From: an uncultured Treponema sp.
GTDB taxonomy: Bacteria; Spirochaetota; Spirochaetia; Treponematales; Treponemataceae
Assembly: GCA_947176045.1 (NCBI GenBank)
Contig: CAMWPF010000001.1
Location: 1-39,349, forward strand
Direction of reading: 5' to 3'
Length of the DNA stretch: 39,349 bases
Shown here: piece after piece, positions 16,165-25,818 of the stretch
Numbering within the stretch: position 1 is the first letter of the stretch
Layout: every line of letters begins with the position of its first letter
Made by a program: the position numbers and the translations under genes
The notes under the pieces: model-generated
What the model was told of the DNA's origin: nothing
Seen by the model: only the letters and a program-made list of their open reading frames with translations
Database searches by the model: none

Positions 16165-18867
16165 CTACAGCTTCTTGTTGTTGATGACGGCCTGCGCCGC
16201 GGCAAGGCGCGCAATCGGCACGCGGTACGGGGAGCAGGAAACATAGTTCAAGCCCGCCCGGTAGCAGAAGTCGATTGTTACCGGATCGCCGCCGTGCTCG
16301 CCGCAGATTCCGCAGTGGAAGTCCGGCTTCACTTCGCGCGCGGCCTTGACCGCGTGCCTGACGAGGAATCCGACGCCGTTCTCGTCCAGCGTCTTGAACG
16401 GATCGTCACCCAGAATGTTGCGGCTGTAGTAGGAGTCCAGGAATTTGCCCGCGTCGTCGCGGCTGAATCCGAACGTCATCTGCGTCAGGTCGTTCGTTCC
16501 AAAGCTGTAGAAGTCGGCATATTTGACGACTTCGCCGGAAAGAATTGCGGCGCGCGGAACTTCGATCATCGTTCCGATTTCGATGTCCAGCTTGACGCCG
16601 TTCTCCTTTTCGACCGCCGCGATGACTTCCTCGCATTCGGCGCGGATCGTCGCAAGCTCGTTCGGCTCGCCGACAATCGGAATCATGATGTACGGCGCGG
16701 CCTTCACGCCGGCCTTTTCCGTCTCGATGGCGGCAAGCGCGACGGCCTTCGTCTGCATCTTGTAGATTTCAGGATAAGTGATCGCAAGGCGGCAGCCGCG
16801 GTGTCCGAGCATCGGATTGAATTCTTTGAGCGCCTCGAATTTCGCAGTCAGCGCGTCCACGCTGATTTCAACGCCGGCTTCCTTGAGGACTGCCTGCACC
16901 TTCGCCGTGCCGTCCGCGTCGCGCGGAATGAATTCGTGCAGCGGCGGGTCGAGGAAGCGGATGACGACGGGATTTCCCTTCATCGCCTTGAGGATGCCGA
17001 CGAAGTCGTTCTTCTGGAGCGGCAGAATCTTCTCAAGCGTCTTCTCGCGGATTTCCGTCGTGTCGGAGCCGATCATCGCCTGGAAGTAGACGAGCTTCGC
17101 CGGATCGAAGAACATATGCTCCGTGCGGCACAGGCCGATTCCTTCCGCGCCGAAATGGAACGCGTGCTCCGCATCGACCGGCTGGTCGCCGTTCGCGCGC
17201 ACGCCGAATCCCTTGATTTTATGGCCGTCGATCGTGCGGACGGACGAGTTGCGCACCTCGTCGCACCATGTCATAAGCGTCTCAAGCTCGGCGGAGAACG
17301 TCGCATCGACCGTCGGAATCTGTCCTTCGTAGACATTTCCCGTCGTTCCGTCGATGGAAAGCCAGTCGCCTTCGTTGTATGTCTTGCCCTCGACGCTGAT
17401 GGACGTCGCGTTCGGGAATTTGATTGCCTCGCAGCCGGAAACGCACGGCGTTCCCATGCCGCGCGCGACGACCGCCGCGTGGGACGTGCGTCCGCCCGTG
17501 GACGTCAGGATGCCCTGCGCCGCGACCATGCCCGCGATGTCGTCCGGGGACGTCTCCTTGCGGACGAGCAGAACCTTCTTGCCGTCCTTCGCCCATTTTT
17601 CGGCGTCCTCCGCCGTGAACACAATCTGTCCGCAGGCGGCGCCCGGAGAGGCGTTCAGGCCGGATGCAATCTTGACGCCCTTCGCGAGCGCGGCCTTGTC
17701 GAACGCCGGGTGCAGGAGCTGGTCGATGTGCTGCGGCTCCACGCGCTTGATTGCAGTCTCCTTGTCGATGAGTCCCTCGCCGACCATGTCGACCGCCATC
17801 TTGACGGCCGCGGCGCCGGTGCGCTTTCCGTTGCGGCACTGGAGCATGAACAGCTTGCCTTCCTCGACGGTGAACTCCATGTCCTGCATATCGTGGTAGT
17901 GCTTCTCCAAGCGGTCGCGGATGTTGCACAGCTGCTTGTAGATTTCAGGATTTTCCTCGGCAAGCTGGGACAGCTTTTCCGGGGTGCGGATGCCGGCGAC
18001 GACGTCCTCGCCCTGCGCGTTCATGAGGTACTCGCCCATGAATTCGTTCTTGCCGTTGGACGGATCGCGGCTGAAGCAGACGCCTGTGCCGGACGTGTTG
18101 CCCTTGTTTCCGAACACCATCGCCATGACCGTAACGGCGGTTCCCTTCAAGGAGCCTTCCTTGATGTTGTTCAGCTCGCGGTACTTGATGGCGCGCGGGT
18201 TCATCCATGAGCCGAAGACGGCGCCGATGGCCGCCCACATCTGATCCTTCGGATTCTGCGGGAAGTCCTCGCCCTTTTCGTTCTTGTAGAGAACCTTGTA
18301 TTTGGAGACGATTTCCTGAAGCTCTTCCGTGTTCAGCTCCGTGTCCTGCTTGACGCCGCGGTGCGACTTGACTTCCGCGATGATTTCCTCGAACTTGTCA
18401 TGCTCGACGCCCATCGCGACGTTTCCGAACATCTGGATGAAGCGGCGGTATGCATCCCACGCGAAGCGCGGGTTGTTCGTCTTTTCGGCCAGGCCGAGGA
18501 CGGACTTGTCGTTGAGTCCGAGGTTCAGAATCGTGTCCATCATGCCCGGCATGGAAATCGCCGCGCCGGAGCGGACGGAGACGAGGAGCGGATCCTTTTC
18601 ATCGCCGAGCTTCTTGCCCATGGACTTCTCAAGCTTCGCAAGGTAGGTGTCAACCTCTTTGTCCAAGCCGTCCGGGTATTTTCTTCCAAGCTCGTAGAAC
18701 GCCTGGCAGACGTCTGTGGAAATCGTAAATCCAGACGGAACAGGAAGGCTCAGCGGAGCCTTTGCCATCTGCGCAAGGTTCGCGCCCTTTCCGCCCAGTT
18801 CGGCGCGCATCGACTCGTCGCCGTCCGCATTGCCGTCGCCAAAGTAATACACAAATTTTTTTGCCAT
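16165..18867 (-). CDS. ppdK: Pyruvate, phosphate dikinase
   Basis: 'LGGKGANL', 'LLVSVRSGA..SMPGMMDTILNLG', 'AQGEDVVAG', phospho-His 'GGRTSHAAVVAR', 'NPMLGHRGCR', 'FGTNDLTQ', 'GICGEHGGD'. GAGG RBS. Confidence 0.98.
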   Translation of the reverse strand: MAKKFVYYFGDGNADGDESMRAELGGKGANLAQMAKAPLSLPVPSGFTISTDVCQAFYELGRKYPDGLDKEVDTYLAKLEKSMGKKLGDEKDPLLVSVRSGAAISMPGMMDTILNLGLNDKSVLGLAEKTNNPRFAWDAYRRFIQMFGNVAMGVEHDKFEEIIAEVKSHRGVKQDTELNTEELQEIVSKYKVLYKNEKGEDFPQNPKDQMWAAIGAVFGSWMNPRAIKYRELNNIKEGSLKGTAVTVMAMVFGNKGNTSGTGVCFSRDPSNGKNEFMGEYLMNAQGEDVVAGIRTPEKLSQLAEENPEIYKQLCNIRDRLEKHYHDMQDMEFTVEEGKLFMLQCRNGKRTGAAAVKMAVDMVGEGLIDKETAIKRVEPQHIDQLLHPAFDKAALAKGVKIASGLNASPGAACGQIVFTAEDAEKWAKDGKKVLLVRKETSPDDIAGMVAAQGILTSTGGRTSHAAVVARGMGTPCVSGCEAIKFPNATSISVEGKTYNEGDWLSIDGTTGNVYEGQIPTVDATFSAELETLMTWCDEVRNSSVRTIDGHKIKGFGVRANGDQPVDAEHAFHFGAEGIGLCRTEHMFFDPAKLVYFQAMIGSDTTEIREKTLEKILPLQKNDFVGILKAMKGNPVVIRFLDPPLHEFIPRDADGTAKVQAVLKEAGVEISVDALTAKFEALKEFNPMLGHRGCRLAITYPEIYKMQTKAVALAAIETEKAGVKAAPYIMIPIVGEPNELATIRAECEEVIAAVEKENGVKLDIEIGTMIEVPRAAILSGEVVKYADFYSFGTNDLTQMTFGFSRDDAGKFLDSYYSRNILGDDPFKTLDENGVGFLVRHAVKAAREVKPDFHCGICGEHGGDPVTIDFCYRAGLNYVSCSPYRVPIARLAAAQAVINNKKL

Positions 18868-18910
18868 TGATTTACCTCAATTGATTGTAGAAATGGAAAT
18901 AGATGGAAAA

Positions 18911-18939
18911 ATAATAGCTTCTATCGGCTTTACTGTCAA
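18911..18939 (-). promoter_or_regulatory. sigma70 promoter of ppdK
   Basis: Minus strand TTGACA (18939-18934), 17 bp, TATTAT (18916-18911). Confidence 0.75.
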
Positions 18940-18999
18940 TGTCTAATTTTTGGAAGAAAGAAGGCCGCGCTCCTTTCAAGAACATCTGCGCTCCGGCGT

Positions 19000-19028
19000 T
19001 TGTCTTAACGGCGTTATTCTGGTATAGT
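19000..19028 (+). promoter_or_regulatory. sigma70 promoter of dnaX-ybaB-recR
   Basis: TTGTCT (19000-19005), 17 bp, extended -10 TG-g-TATAGT (19023-19028). Confidence 0.6.
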
Positions 19029-19057
19029 GTCGTCAGGTTCTATCCGGGTGGTACAAA

Positions 19058-20992
19058 ATGGCTTATGAAGTTACGGCGACGCGGCGGCGGCCGCAGCGGT
19101 TTGAAAACCTTGCGGGACAGGAATTTGTCGCCGACACGCTGAAAAATTCGATTCAGTCGGGAAAAATCGCTCACGCCTACCTCTTCTCAGGGCCGCGCGG
19201 CTGCGGCAAGACGTCCACGGCGCGGATCCTCGCGAAGGCGCTCAACTGCCGCAGCGGGGAGCAGCCCACGGCGGAGCCGTGCGGAGAATGCGAGTCCTGC
19301 CGGGCAATCACGAACAGCTCCAGCCTCGACGTCATCGAAATCGACGGCGCCTCGAACACGAGCGTCAACGACGTCCGCCAGATCAAGGACGAAGTCCTGT
19401 TCCCCCCGAATTCCAGCCGGTACAAAATCTACATCATCGACGAAGTGCACATGCTTTCGACGAGCGCCTTCAACGCGCTCCTCAAGACGATTGAAGAGCC
19501 GCCGCCGTACGTCATCTTCATCTTCGCGACGACGGAGCTGCAGAAAGTTCCTGCGACCATCAAAAGCCGCTGCCAGCAGTTCAACTTCCGCCTTGTCTCC
19601 GCGGAGCGCATCCGCGGACTGCTCGCCGACGCCGCCGCGGAGCTTCAGATTCAGGCGGACGACGAGGCGCTTTACTGGATAGCCAAGGAGTCCGGCGGCT
19701 CCGTCCGCGATTCGTACACGCTTTTCGACCAAGTCGCCGCGTTCTCGGGCGCACACATCACCTACGACAAAATCCGCGACAAGCTGGGGCTGCTCGGCGT
19801 CGACCGCCTGAACGTTCTTTTTTCGGCCGCGGCGGCAGGAAAGCCGGAGGACGTCTTGAACCAGCTCGACGGCTTCCTCCAATCGGGAATTTCCATCGAA
19901 CAGCTCATCGCGAACAGCACGGAATACGTCCGCAGCCTGCTCCTCATCAAAAGCGGCGTCGCGAAGGAGGCGCTCCTCGGACAGGCGCCGGAGCGGTTCA
20001 GCGCCGAAGTCCTTTCCAGCTGGAACAAAATCCAGACGGAGCGCGCGCTTTCGCTCTTCCTTCAGCTGCACCGCGACATCCGCTATTCGGTTTCGCCGCG
20101 CTACGAGCTGGAGCTTGCCTTCAGCCGGCTCTGCTGGCTTTCCCAGTATGTCTCGCCTGCCGAAGTCAAAGCGGCGATTGATTCCGCGCGGGCGCTCCTT
20201 GCCGGAGCGCCTCAGCAGCCCGCCGGACAGGCCGCCGCAGGAACTGCGCAAGCCGCGCGCGACGCACAAACTGCGCCAGATGTCCCCGAAGGAGCCGCGG
20301 CCGCCGCATCCGGCAGCGAGCCGCCGCGCCTTCCGAACGGAATGCCGCGGTTCTCCGCCCTGTCCGCGCAGAATCCGGCGCCGGACGCTCCGGAAGGAAC
20401 GCCGCACCCTTTTCCTGATGGCGGAGCCGTGCCGCCGGAACAAACGGCGGACGGCGCGGCGGGAGCCGACGACTATGACGCATGGGCCGACGCCCAGACG
20501 CCGCCGGACGACGGCGGATTCCCCGGGCAAATCGAAAGCGGATTTTTACCCGCAACGGCGGCGGCGCAGGCGGAACAGTCGCCGAGCACGGAGCCGTCCG
20601 GCAGCGGCGGCACGCACGCGGAGCGCAGCACGTCGTTCCAGACCGCAGACGGAACGTCCGTTCCGATTTCGCAGTTGTACGCCGAAATCATCGACGGGCT
20701 GTCGCTGGGCAACGAAATGCTCCTCGTCTCCGCGCTGATGCAGACGGAGCCGTGGCGCTGTTCGGGAACGGCCATCCAGACGTCGATCAAGTCTGAATGC
20801 CAGAAAATTTTAATAGAACAGAACGCCCAGAAAATTCTGGACATCATAAGCAGAAACCACCGGACGCCGGCACAGTTTGAAATCCTCTACCGGGAAGCCG
20901 AAAATGCGGCGCAGGCGCAGGAAATTCCGGCGGAAGTCAAGCTGCTTTGCAGCATTTTCAAAGGAACGGTTGTCGGCGGCGCAGCGCGCTGA
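19058..20992 (+). CDS. dnaX: DNA polymerase III subunit gamma/tau
   Basis: 'RRRPQRFENLAGQE', 'HAYLFSGPRGCGKTS', C4 Zn motif 'NC...PCGECESC', 'IDEVHMLS..AFNALLKTIEEPP', 'SRCQ'; Pro/Ala-rich linker. Confidence 0.97.
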   Translation: MAYEVTATRRRPQRFENLAGQEFVADTLKNSIQSGKIAHAYLFSGPRGCGKTSTARILAKALNCRSGEQPTAEPCGECESCRAITNSSSLDVIEIDGASNTSVNDVRQIKDEVLFPPNSSRYKIYIIDEVHMLSTSAFNALLKTIEEPPPYVIFIFATTELQKVPATIKSRCQQFNFRLVSAERIRGLLADAAAELQIQADDEALYWIAKESGGSVRDSYTLFDQVAAFSGAHITYDKIRDKLGLLGVDRLNVLFSAAAAGKPEDVLNQLDGFLQSGISIEQLIANSTEYVRSLLLIKSGVAKEALLGQAPERFSAEVLSSWNKIQTERALSLFLQLHRDIRYSVSPRYELELAFSRLCWLSQYVSPAEVKAAIDSARALLAGAPQQPAGQAAAGTAQAARDAQTAPDVPEGAAAAASGSEPPRLPNGMPRFSALSAQNPAPDAPEGTPHPFPDGGAVPPEQTADGAAGADDYDAWADAQTPPDDGGFPGQIESGFLPATAAAQAEQSPSTEPSGSGGTHAERSTSFQTADGTSVPISQLYAEIIDGLSLGNEMLLVSALMQTEPWRCSGTAIQTSIKSECQKILIEQNAQKILDIISRNHRTPAQFEILYREAENAAQAQEIPAEVKLLCSIFKGTVVGGAAR

Positions 20993-21023
20993 ACAGGGCG
21001 GACACTACAGGAGGAATCGGAAT

Positions 21024-21329
21024 ATGAATCCACTCGATTTGCTGAAGAACACACAGGCACTCAAGGAGCAGGCGGAGCAATTCCAAAAAGAACTTGGGGA
21101 ACTGACGGCGGAAGGCTCGTCCGGCGGAAGGATGGTAACGGTCAAAATCAACGGGCATTTCGAAATGACTGAAATCCACCTCGATCCCATCTGTGTGGAC
21201 AACAGGGACATCAAGATGCTCGAAGACTTGATTGTCGCCGCGCAGCACGATGCGATTACGGAAATGCAGAAGCTCATGAAAGAAAAATCCGGCTCCCTGC
21301 TGCACGGACTGAACATTCCGGGACTGTAG
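21024..21329 (+). CDS. ybaB: YbaB/EbfC nucleoid-associated protein
   Basis: AGGAGG RBS, ATG 21024. 'GSSGGRMVTVKING', 'MLEDLIVAAQHDA'; classic position between dnaX and recR. Confidence 0.93.
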   Translation: MNPLDLLKNTQALKEQAEQFQKELGELTAEGSSGGRMVTVKINGHFEMTEIHLDPICVDNRDIKMLEDLIVAAQHDAITEMQKLMKEKSGSLLHGLNIPGL

Positions 21330-21350
21330 CGCCAGAAGCAGGAGCGAACG

Positions 21351-21944
21351 ATGGCAAACATCATCGACGAACTGACTGATTCCTTTTCGCGGCTGCCCGG
21401 AATCGGCAAAAAAAGCGCGGCGCGGATTGTAAACCACCTTTTGAAGGCGGATTCGGCATATATGCGCGCATTTTCCGCGCAGCTTCTGGAACTGCAAGAA
21501 AAAATCCGCCCGTGCTCCGTCTGCGGCGCATGGACGGAAGCCGATCCCTGCCCCATCTGCGCAAATCCGCTGCGCGACAAAAGCGTCATCTGCGTCGTCG
21601 AACAGCCGCAGGACGTCCAGACAATTGAAGCGGCGGGCGGCTACACGGGACTGTTCCACGTCCTCGGCGGCGTCATCGCTCCGCTGGACGGCATGGGACC
21701 GGACAAGCTGAACATTGCGGGCCTGCTCCAGCGGGTGAACGCGGGCGGCGTCAAAGAAGTGATTTTGGCGACAAATCCGACGTTTGAAGGCGACTCCACC
21801 GCGCTGTACTTGCAGCGGCTCCTTTCCAGCCACACCGAAACAAAAGTCACCCGCCTTGCGACAGGAATTCCAGTCGGCGGAGACCTTGAGTACGCCGACA
21901 AGCTGACGCTCGCCCGCAGCTTCCGCGGCCGGACGGCATTCTGA
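21351..21944 (+). CDS. recR: Recombination mediator RecR
   Basis: HhH 'LPGIGKKSA', C4 zinc finger 'CSVC...CPIC', 'VLGGVIAPLDG', 'EVILATNPTFEG', 'GIPVGGDLEYAD'. Confidence 0.97.
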   Translation: MANIIDELTDSFSRLPGIGKKSAARIVNHLLKADSAYMRAFSAQLLELQEKIRPCSVCGAWTEADPCPICANPLRDKSVICVVEQPQDVQTIEAAGGYTGLFHVLGGVIAPLDGMGPDKLNIAGLLQRVNAGGVKEVILATNPTFEGDSTALYLQRLLSSHTETKVTRLATGIPVGGDLEYADKLTLARSFRGRTAF

Positions 21945-21966
21945 AAGCGCGCTTCACGCCGCATCT

Positions 21967-23280
21967 TCAAGCATCTCCGAAAACAGTGCGACCGCCCCAC
22001 GCATGCGACTGTCCGCGCTCGCGGCGCACAAGGGCGTCAAAATCCGCTTCGGGCCTGCAGCGCTCCTCCAGCTGGAGCGCCGCCGTATGCAGGCGGCGCA
22101 GGCATTCCGACTTGTCTTGAACGCCAAGACGCGACGCGTGGATGGAGTCGCGGAGGACGCGGATTGATTCGTCATATATTTTGAGCGGCACTGGAAATGG
22201 ATGCCCGTCCTTTCCGCCGTGGGCGAACGAAAACCGCGCCGGATCGCGGAACCGGGTCGGCGTACCGTAAATCATTTCGCTGACCAACGCCAACGACTGC
22301 AAGGTGCGCGGGCCCAATCCCGGCGTCAAAAGCAGGCTTTCAAAATCCTGCGGCTGGCTTTCATACGCGGCCGCGAGGACGGCTCCGAGGCGGCGCGCGT
22401 CCACATCTTCCGCCCGAACGTCATGATGGCGCGGAAGCGTGATGCTCCGCCCGGCATCCTGAACGGCGCATTCCTCCTCGAACCCGGGAAGAACCGGCTG
22501 CAAGGCGTCCGCCGCCTTTTTTGGAACGCTTTCGGACGGCAGATTTGCGCCGGCAGGCCGCGCCGATGAAAATTCCGCGCCGCATTCCCGCAGCTCCTTG
22601 AGGACGCGCTCCGGATTCCTGCCGGAGATTTCGACAATCGACGAGCGCGTCCGGGCGGCGTCCGAAGCCGTCAAGTTCAAAATAGCTCCGCCGCCTTCTC
22701 CGACGACGCCCGTATGCGGCTCCTCCACAAAGGAACGCAGCGAAGCGGAACACCAGTGGTACCGCCGCGCCGTCCGCGCCGACGGATTCATTCCCTGCTG
22801 GACGACCGCCCAGCTGCCGTCGGACGTCAGTATAAAATTATGCTGGTACAACTGGAAGCCGTCCTGCACGGCAGTATTGTCAACCTTCGCGCACAGCCGG
22901 CTCGCCCGCACGAGCGCCGCGCCGTCCAATCCCGCTTTTTCGGAAAACGCCGCCAGCTCGCCAGGCGTCCGCCGGGAATACGTCCCGCGCCCGCCGCAAA
23001 TACAAATTCCCAGCTCCTTTGCCCGCGGATTCAGTCCGCGCTTCAAGGCATACATGACGCTCGTCGTAATTCCTGAAGAATGCCAGTCCATGCCCATCAC
23101 CGCGCCCAGCGACTGGAACCACAGCGGATCGCTGAGGCGCACAAGCACTTCCTGCCTGCCGAAGTTGCAGACAATCGATTCGACAATCAGCGTTCCAAGC
23201 GCCATCATCCGGTCGGCAAGCCAGCGCGGAACCGTGCCTGAATGGAGCGGCAGATCCGCGTGTCCGGTGCGCCGGATCAT
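21967..23280 (-). CDS. DUF763 domain protein
   Basis: 'ADLPLH.G.VP.WL..RM', 'LSDPLWFQSLGAVMGMDWHSSGITT', 'AKVDNTAVQDGFQLYQH', 'WAVVQQGMN', 'ARRYHW', 'FAHGGKDGHPFPV'. Confidence 0.88.
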   Translation of the reverse strand: MIRRTGHADLPLHSGTVPRWLADRMMALGTLIVESIVCNFGRQEVLVRLSDPLWFQSLGAVMGMDWHSSGITTSVMYALKRGLNPRAKELGICICGGRGTYSRRTPGELAAFSEKAGLDGAALVRASRLCAKVDNTAVQDGFQLYQHNFILTSDGSWAVVQQGMNPSARTARRYHWCSASLRSFVEEPHTGVVGEGGGAILNLTASDAARTRSSIVEISGRNPERVLKELRECGAEFSSARPAGANLPSESVPKKAADALQPVLPGFEEECAVQDAGRSITLPRHHDVRAEDVDARRLGAVLAAAYESQPQDFESLLLTPGLGPRTLQSLALVSEMIYGTPTRFRDPARFSFAHGGKDGHPFPVPLKIYDESIRVLRDSIHASRLGVQDKSECLRRLHTAALQLEERCRPEADFDALVRRERGQSHAWGGRTVFGDA

Positions 23281-25667
23281 AAATTGCGTTCCAAAAGGTA
23301 TTCTTTCGCCGTCGAAAATCCCGAAATCCAGAAGAAGCTTTCCGTCTTGAAATCATTGGAAACGTTCGTCTTGACCTTCCGAATCCGCTCCTTCTTGAGA
23401 TGCTCCCACGTAAACAGCATAAGCTCGATTCCCCAGCCCTTCCGCCGTTCCTCCGGCATCACGATGATGTCGCTGAACAGGAAGAACCGCTCCTCGCTTG
23501 TAATCGGCGTGATGATGCAGCCGGAGACGACGCCGAAGACCGTGTTTCCCTTGTCGCACAGAATGTACATCCGGCTGGACTTGTTCCCGGTGAACTCATC
23601 CAAGTGCATGTCGATTTTTTCCTGCGCGTCCGGATAGCAGTGCAGGTAGAATTTCCGCAGCTCCGGCAGGAATTCCGGCGAATACTCCCGAATTTCCTTG
23701 TTGTCTTCAACGGAATGCTTTACGGTCGGCGAAACGAACTGCTGGTACATCCGATACGACGTGTAGTTCCGCATCGTCGTCGTAACATAGCGCAGCTCTT
23801 CCTTCAACGATTCGTCTTCGTCAATGAGCGCGACCAATTCCGGCGAATAGCGCGTCCCGGCGCTTTCCTTGAGTTCCGAAAGCACGTCGTCGAACGTCTT
23901 TTTCACCGCATAATTCCGCCCTTGGGAATCTGTAACAGAATCGATGCAGTCGCAGATAGTAATCAGCGCGATGAACGTCTGCAAAATGGAAGCGCTGCTC
24001 TTGAATTCCGCCGGATAGCCGCCGGAATCGCCCCACATCTTGTGATGTCCGATGATGATGTCGCGGTACATCCGCAAAAACGGGATGCGCTCCGCCAGCG
24101 CCGCGCCCGACAGCGGATGGTTCCTGATGATTCCGAATTCATAATCCGTGATTTTCCGGAAATGCAGGTTGACGACATTGGAGCAGCCGATTTTCCCGAT
24201 ATCGTGGAGCAGCCCGGCCCGCTTGATGAAGTCCAGCAGCTCGTTTTTGTGGCGCAGGACGGCAGCGGAATCCTCGAACAGTCCCGGAATCGTGAACAGT
24301 TCCGGCTTCTGCTCGATGAAGTGCGTCAGGCAGATTCCAGCAATCGTGGAAACCATCGAAAAGTGGATTGCCGACGAAACTTCCCGATGGGTGAACACCA
24401 TTTGAAGGAACGGAATGAAATCCTGCGCAGTTTTAAAATGGCCGGAAATCAGGCAGATATTTTCGATGACAAAGCTGTCCGTCAAAAATCCTTTTTCTGC
24501 ATACTTGCCCTGCTCGTAATAGTATGCCATTTCCTTGATGACATTGCGACGGAGGCCGTCCTGCGTTGATGAGCGGTACAATTCCGGCAAAAAAACATTC
24601 ACATACGAAAATGAATCGCAGAACAGCTTCAAAGTGTCAAGCAGCGAGGCAAAACAGGAATTCACGGCGCTGACGTCCATCAAAATTGCATTTTCGGGAA
24701 ATGCCAGCTGGACGCCCTGATGCTCGTACCGCCTTTGAAATTCCGCCGTCAAAATAGCGCTGTACTGCCCGACGGTAATCCGGCGGAAAACCGCCCGCGC
24801 CTTCTGAAAGTACGTGAAAATCATGCAGCTGACCGTTCCCTCGCGCTTTTCCGCGGCGTATTCCGCATTGAGCCAGGAAACAATCCGCTTCAAGGCGGCC
24901 TGCTGCTCCGCGCTGCCGTCCTTCGCCCGGAAACCGCTCTGTCCGGCGGCAAAAACCGCGCACACACGGAAATACCGCATGAGCATCTCAATGCCGCCGC
25001 GGACATCGGCGTCCTTTCCCCAAATCGTGTGGAACAGTTCCTCCGAGCCGGAATGCAGCAGCCCGTCAATCCGGTCGTACAGCGCGGACATCGCCGCAAA
25101 ATCATTTGAACGGTACAAGTCGTAGGCAAGGAACTCATAGCCGAGGCAGAAAATCTGGTGGGCGCGCGTGTCGTCGCTGTCCGCGCTCGCAAAATCCGGA
25201 TAGATTTCCATCGCCTTTTGAAAACAGTCCATCGTTTCAGAAAACGGCGCATACCGTGTCAGAACATAAAAAATTCCCAGATTCAGCATGGCGTCGAACT
25301 TGTTCCGCTCGTTGAGGCATTCCGGATGCTCCAAAAACGCAAGGATAATGTTCCGCGTAACCAGCGCGTCGATATTGTTCTCAACTTGGAAGAACGTTAT
25401 GTGCGACAGAAATTCATGGATGACGCCGGGATGCAGGCGCTCAGGATCCGCAATCGCGGGACGGATGAATTCGTCCAGAAGCCGCTCGTTCTGCGTGAAA
25501 AAATTGCGCGTCATGTCGGAGTTGGCCGCAAGATACTGCTGCCATTCTCCGAAGTCATGCGCCTCGTGCAGAAGCTTCCGCTTCAAATGAAAGATCAAGT
25601 CCGAGTTGAATTTATATTTGTTGAAGAAAAAGCTGACCTTCTCTTCGGTGATATATTCTGGCTTCAT
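23277..25667 (-). CDS. Helical N-terminal domain + HD-GYP phosphodiesterase + C-terminal GNAT fusion protein
   Basis: HD-GYP motifs 'SAIHF', 'LLHDIGK' (24201-24206), 'NHP', 'GHHK...GGYP' (~24012-24023), 'ICDCID...GRNY'. C-terminal 'IIVMPEERRKGWGIELM...SFFWISGF' GNAT. Confidence 0.82.
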   Translation of the reverse strand: MKPEYITEEKVSFFFNKYKFNSDLIFHLKRKLLHEAHDFGEWQQYLAANSDMTRNFFTQNERLLDEFIRPAIADPERLHPGVIHEFLSHITFFQVENNIDALVTRNIILAFLEHPECLNERNKFDAMLNLGIFYVLTRYAPFSETMDCFQKAMEIYPDFASADSDDTRAHQIFCLGYEFLAYDLYRSNDFAAMSALYDRIDGLLHSGSEELFHTIWGKDADVRGGIEMLMRYFRVCAVFAAGQSGFRAKDGSAEQQAALKRIVSWLNAEYAAEKREGTVSCMIFTYFQKARAVFRRITVGQYSAILTAEFQRRYEHQGVQLAFPENAILMDVSAVNSCFASLLDTLKLFCDSFSYVNVFLPELYRSSTQDGLRRNVIKEMAYYYEQGKYAEKGFLTDSFVIENICLISGHFKTAQDFIPFLQMVFTHREVSSAIHFSMVSTIAGICLTHFIEQKPELFTIPGLFEDSAAVLRHKNELLDFIKRAGLLHDIGKIGCSNVVNLHFRKITDYEFGIIRNHPLSGAALAERIPFLRMYRDIIIGHHKMWGDSGGYPAEFKSSASILQTFIALITICDCIDSVTDSQGRNYAVKKTFDDVLSELKESAGTRYSPELVALIDEDESLKEELRYVTTTMRNYTSYRMYQQFVSPTVKHSVEDNKEIREYSPEFLPELRKFYLHCYPDAQEKIDMHLDEFTGNKSSRMYILCDKGNTVFGVVSGCIITPITSEERFFLFSDIIVMPEERRKGWGIELMLFTWEHLKKERIRKVKTNVSNDFKTESFFWISGFSTAKEYLLERNL

Positions 25668-25761
25668 ATTTTAATTCATTTCCAATTTATTTTAATTATA
25701 GAATAATTGTACCATCTTTCAACGCAAATGCAACCGTTTTCCGGCAAATTTAGCGGCAGAC

Positions 25762-25803
25762 TTTACAATCGCGCCGTTCTGATTTATACTAGTAAACAAC
25801 TAG
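25762..25803 (+). promoter_or_regulatory. sigma70 promoter with overlapping palindromic operator of the Rrf2 gene
   Basis: TTTACA (25762-25767), 17 bp, TATACT (25785-25790). Palindrome CTAGT-aaaca-ACTAG (25789-25803) overlaps the -10/+1 region. Confidence 0.65.
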
Positions 25804-25818
25804 GAATTAAAAGAAAAT

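Noticed and set aside
16294-18210. 638-aa plus-strand ORF antisense to ppdK (likewise 4267-6240, 7034-8398, 10922-11992, 19187-20530, 29427-31202)
   Set aside because: Shadow ORFs opposite well-supported genes. High GC and codon bias suppress stops on the antisense strand, and the translations have no recognisable motifs.
10949-18867. ppk1, yfcE and ppdK as a phosphate/pyrophosphate metabolic cluster
   Set aside because: They are on opposite strands with separate promoters and a strong terminator after ppdK. Proximity alone is not evidence of a system.
18868-19057. SRP RNA (ffs) upstream of dnaX, as in many Firmicutes
   Set aside because: Only a partial GTCAGGT match. The GGAAGGAAGCAG core and a long hairpin are missing, and the space is accounted for by two divergent promoters.
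19058-20992. Programmed -1 frameshift in dnaX producing gamma
   Set aside because: I saw no A-AAA-AAG or long poly-A slippery run in the linker region; the Pro/Ala-rich linker is ordinary for tau.
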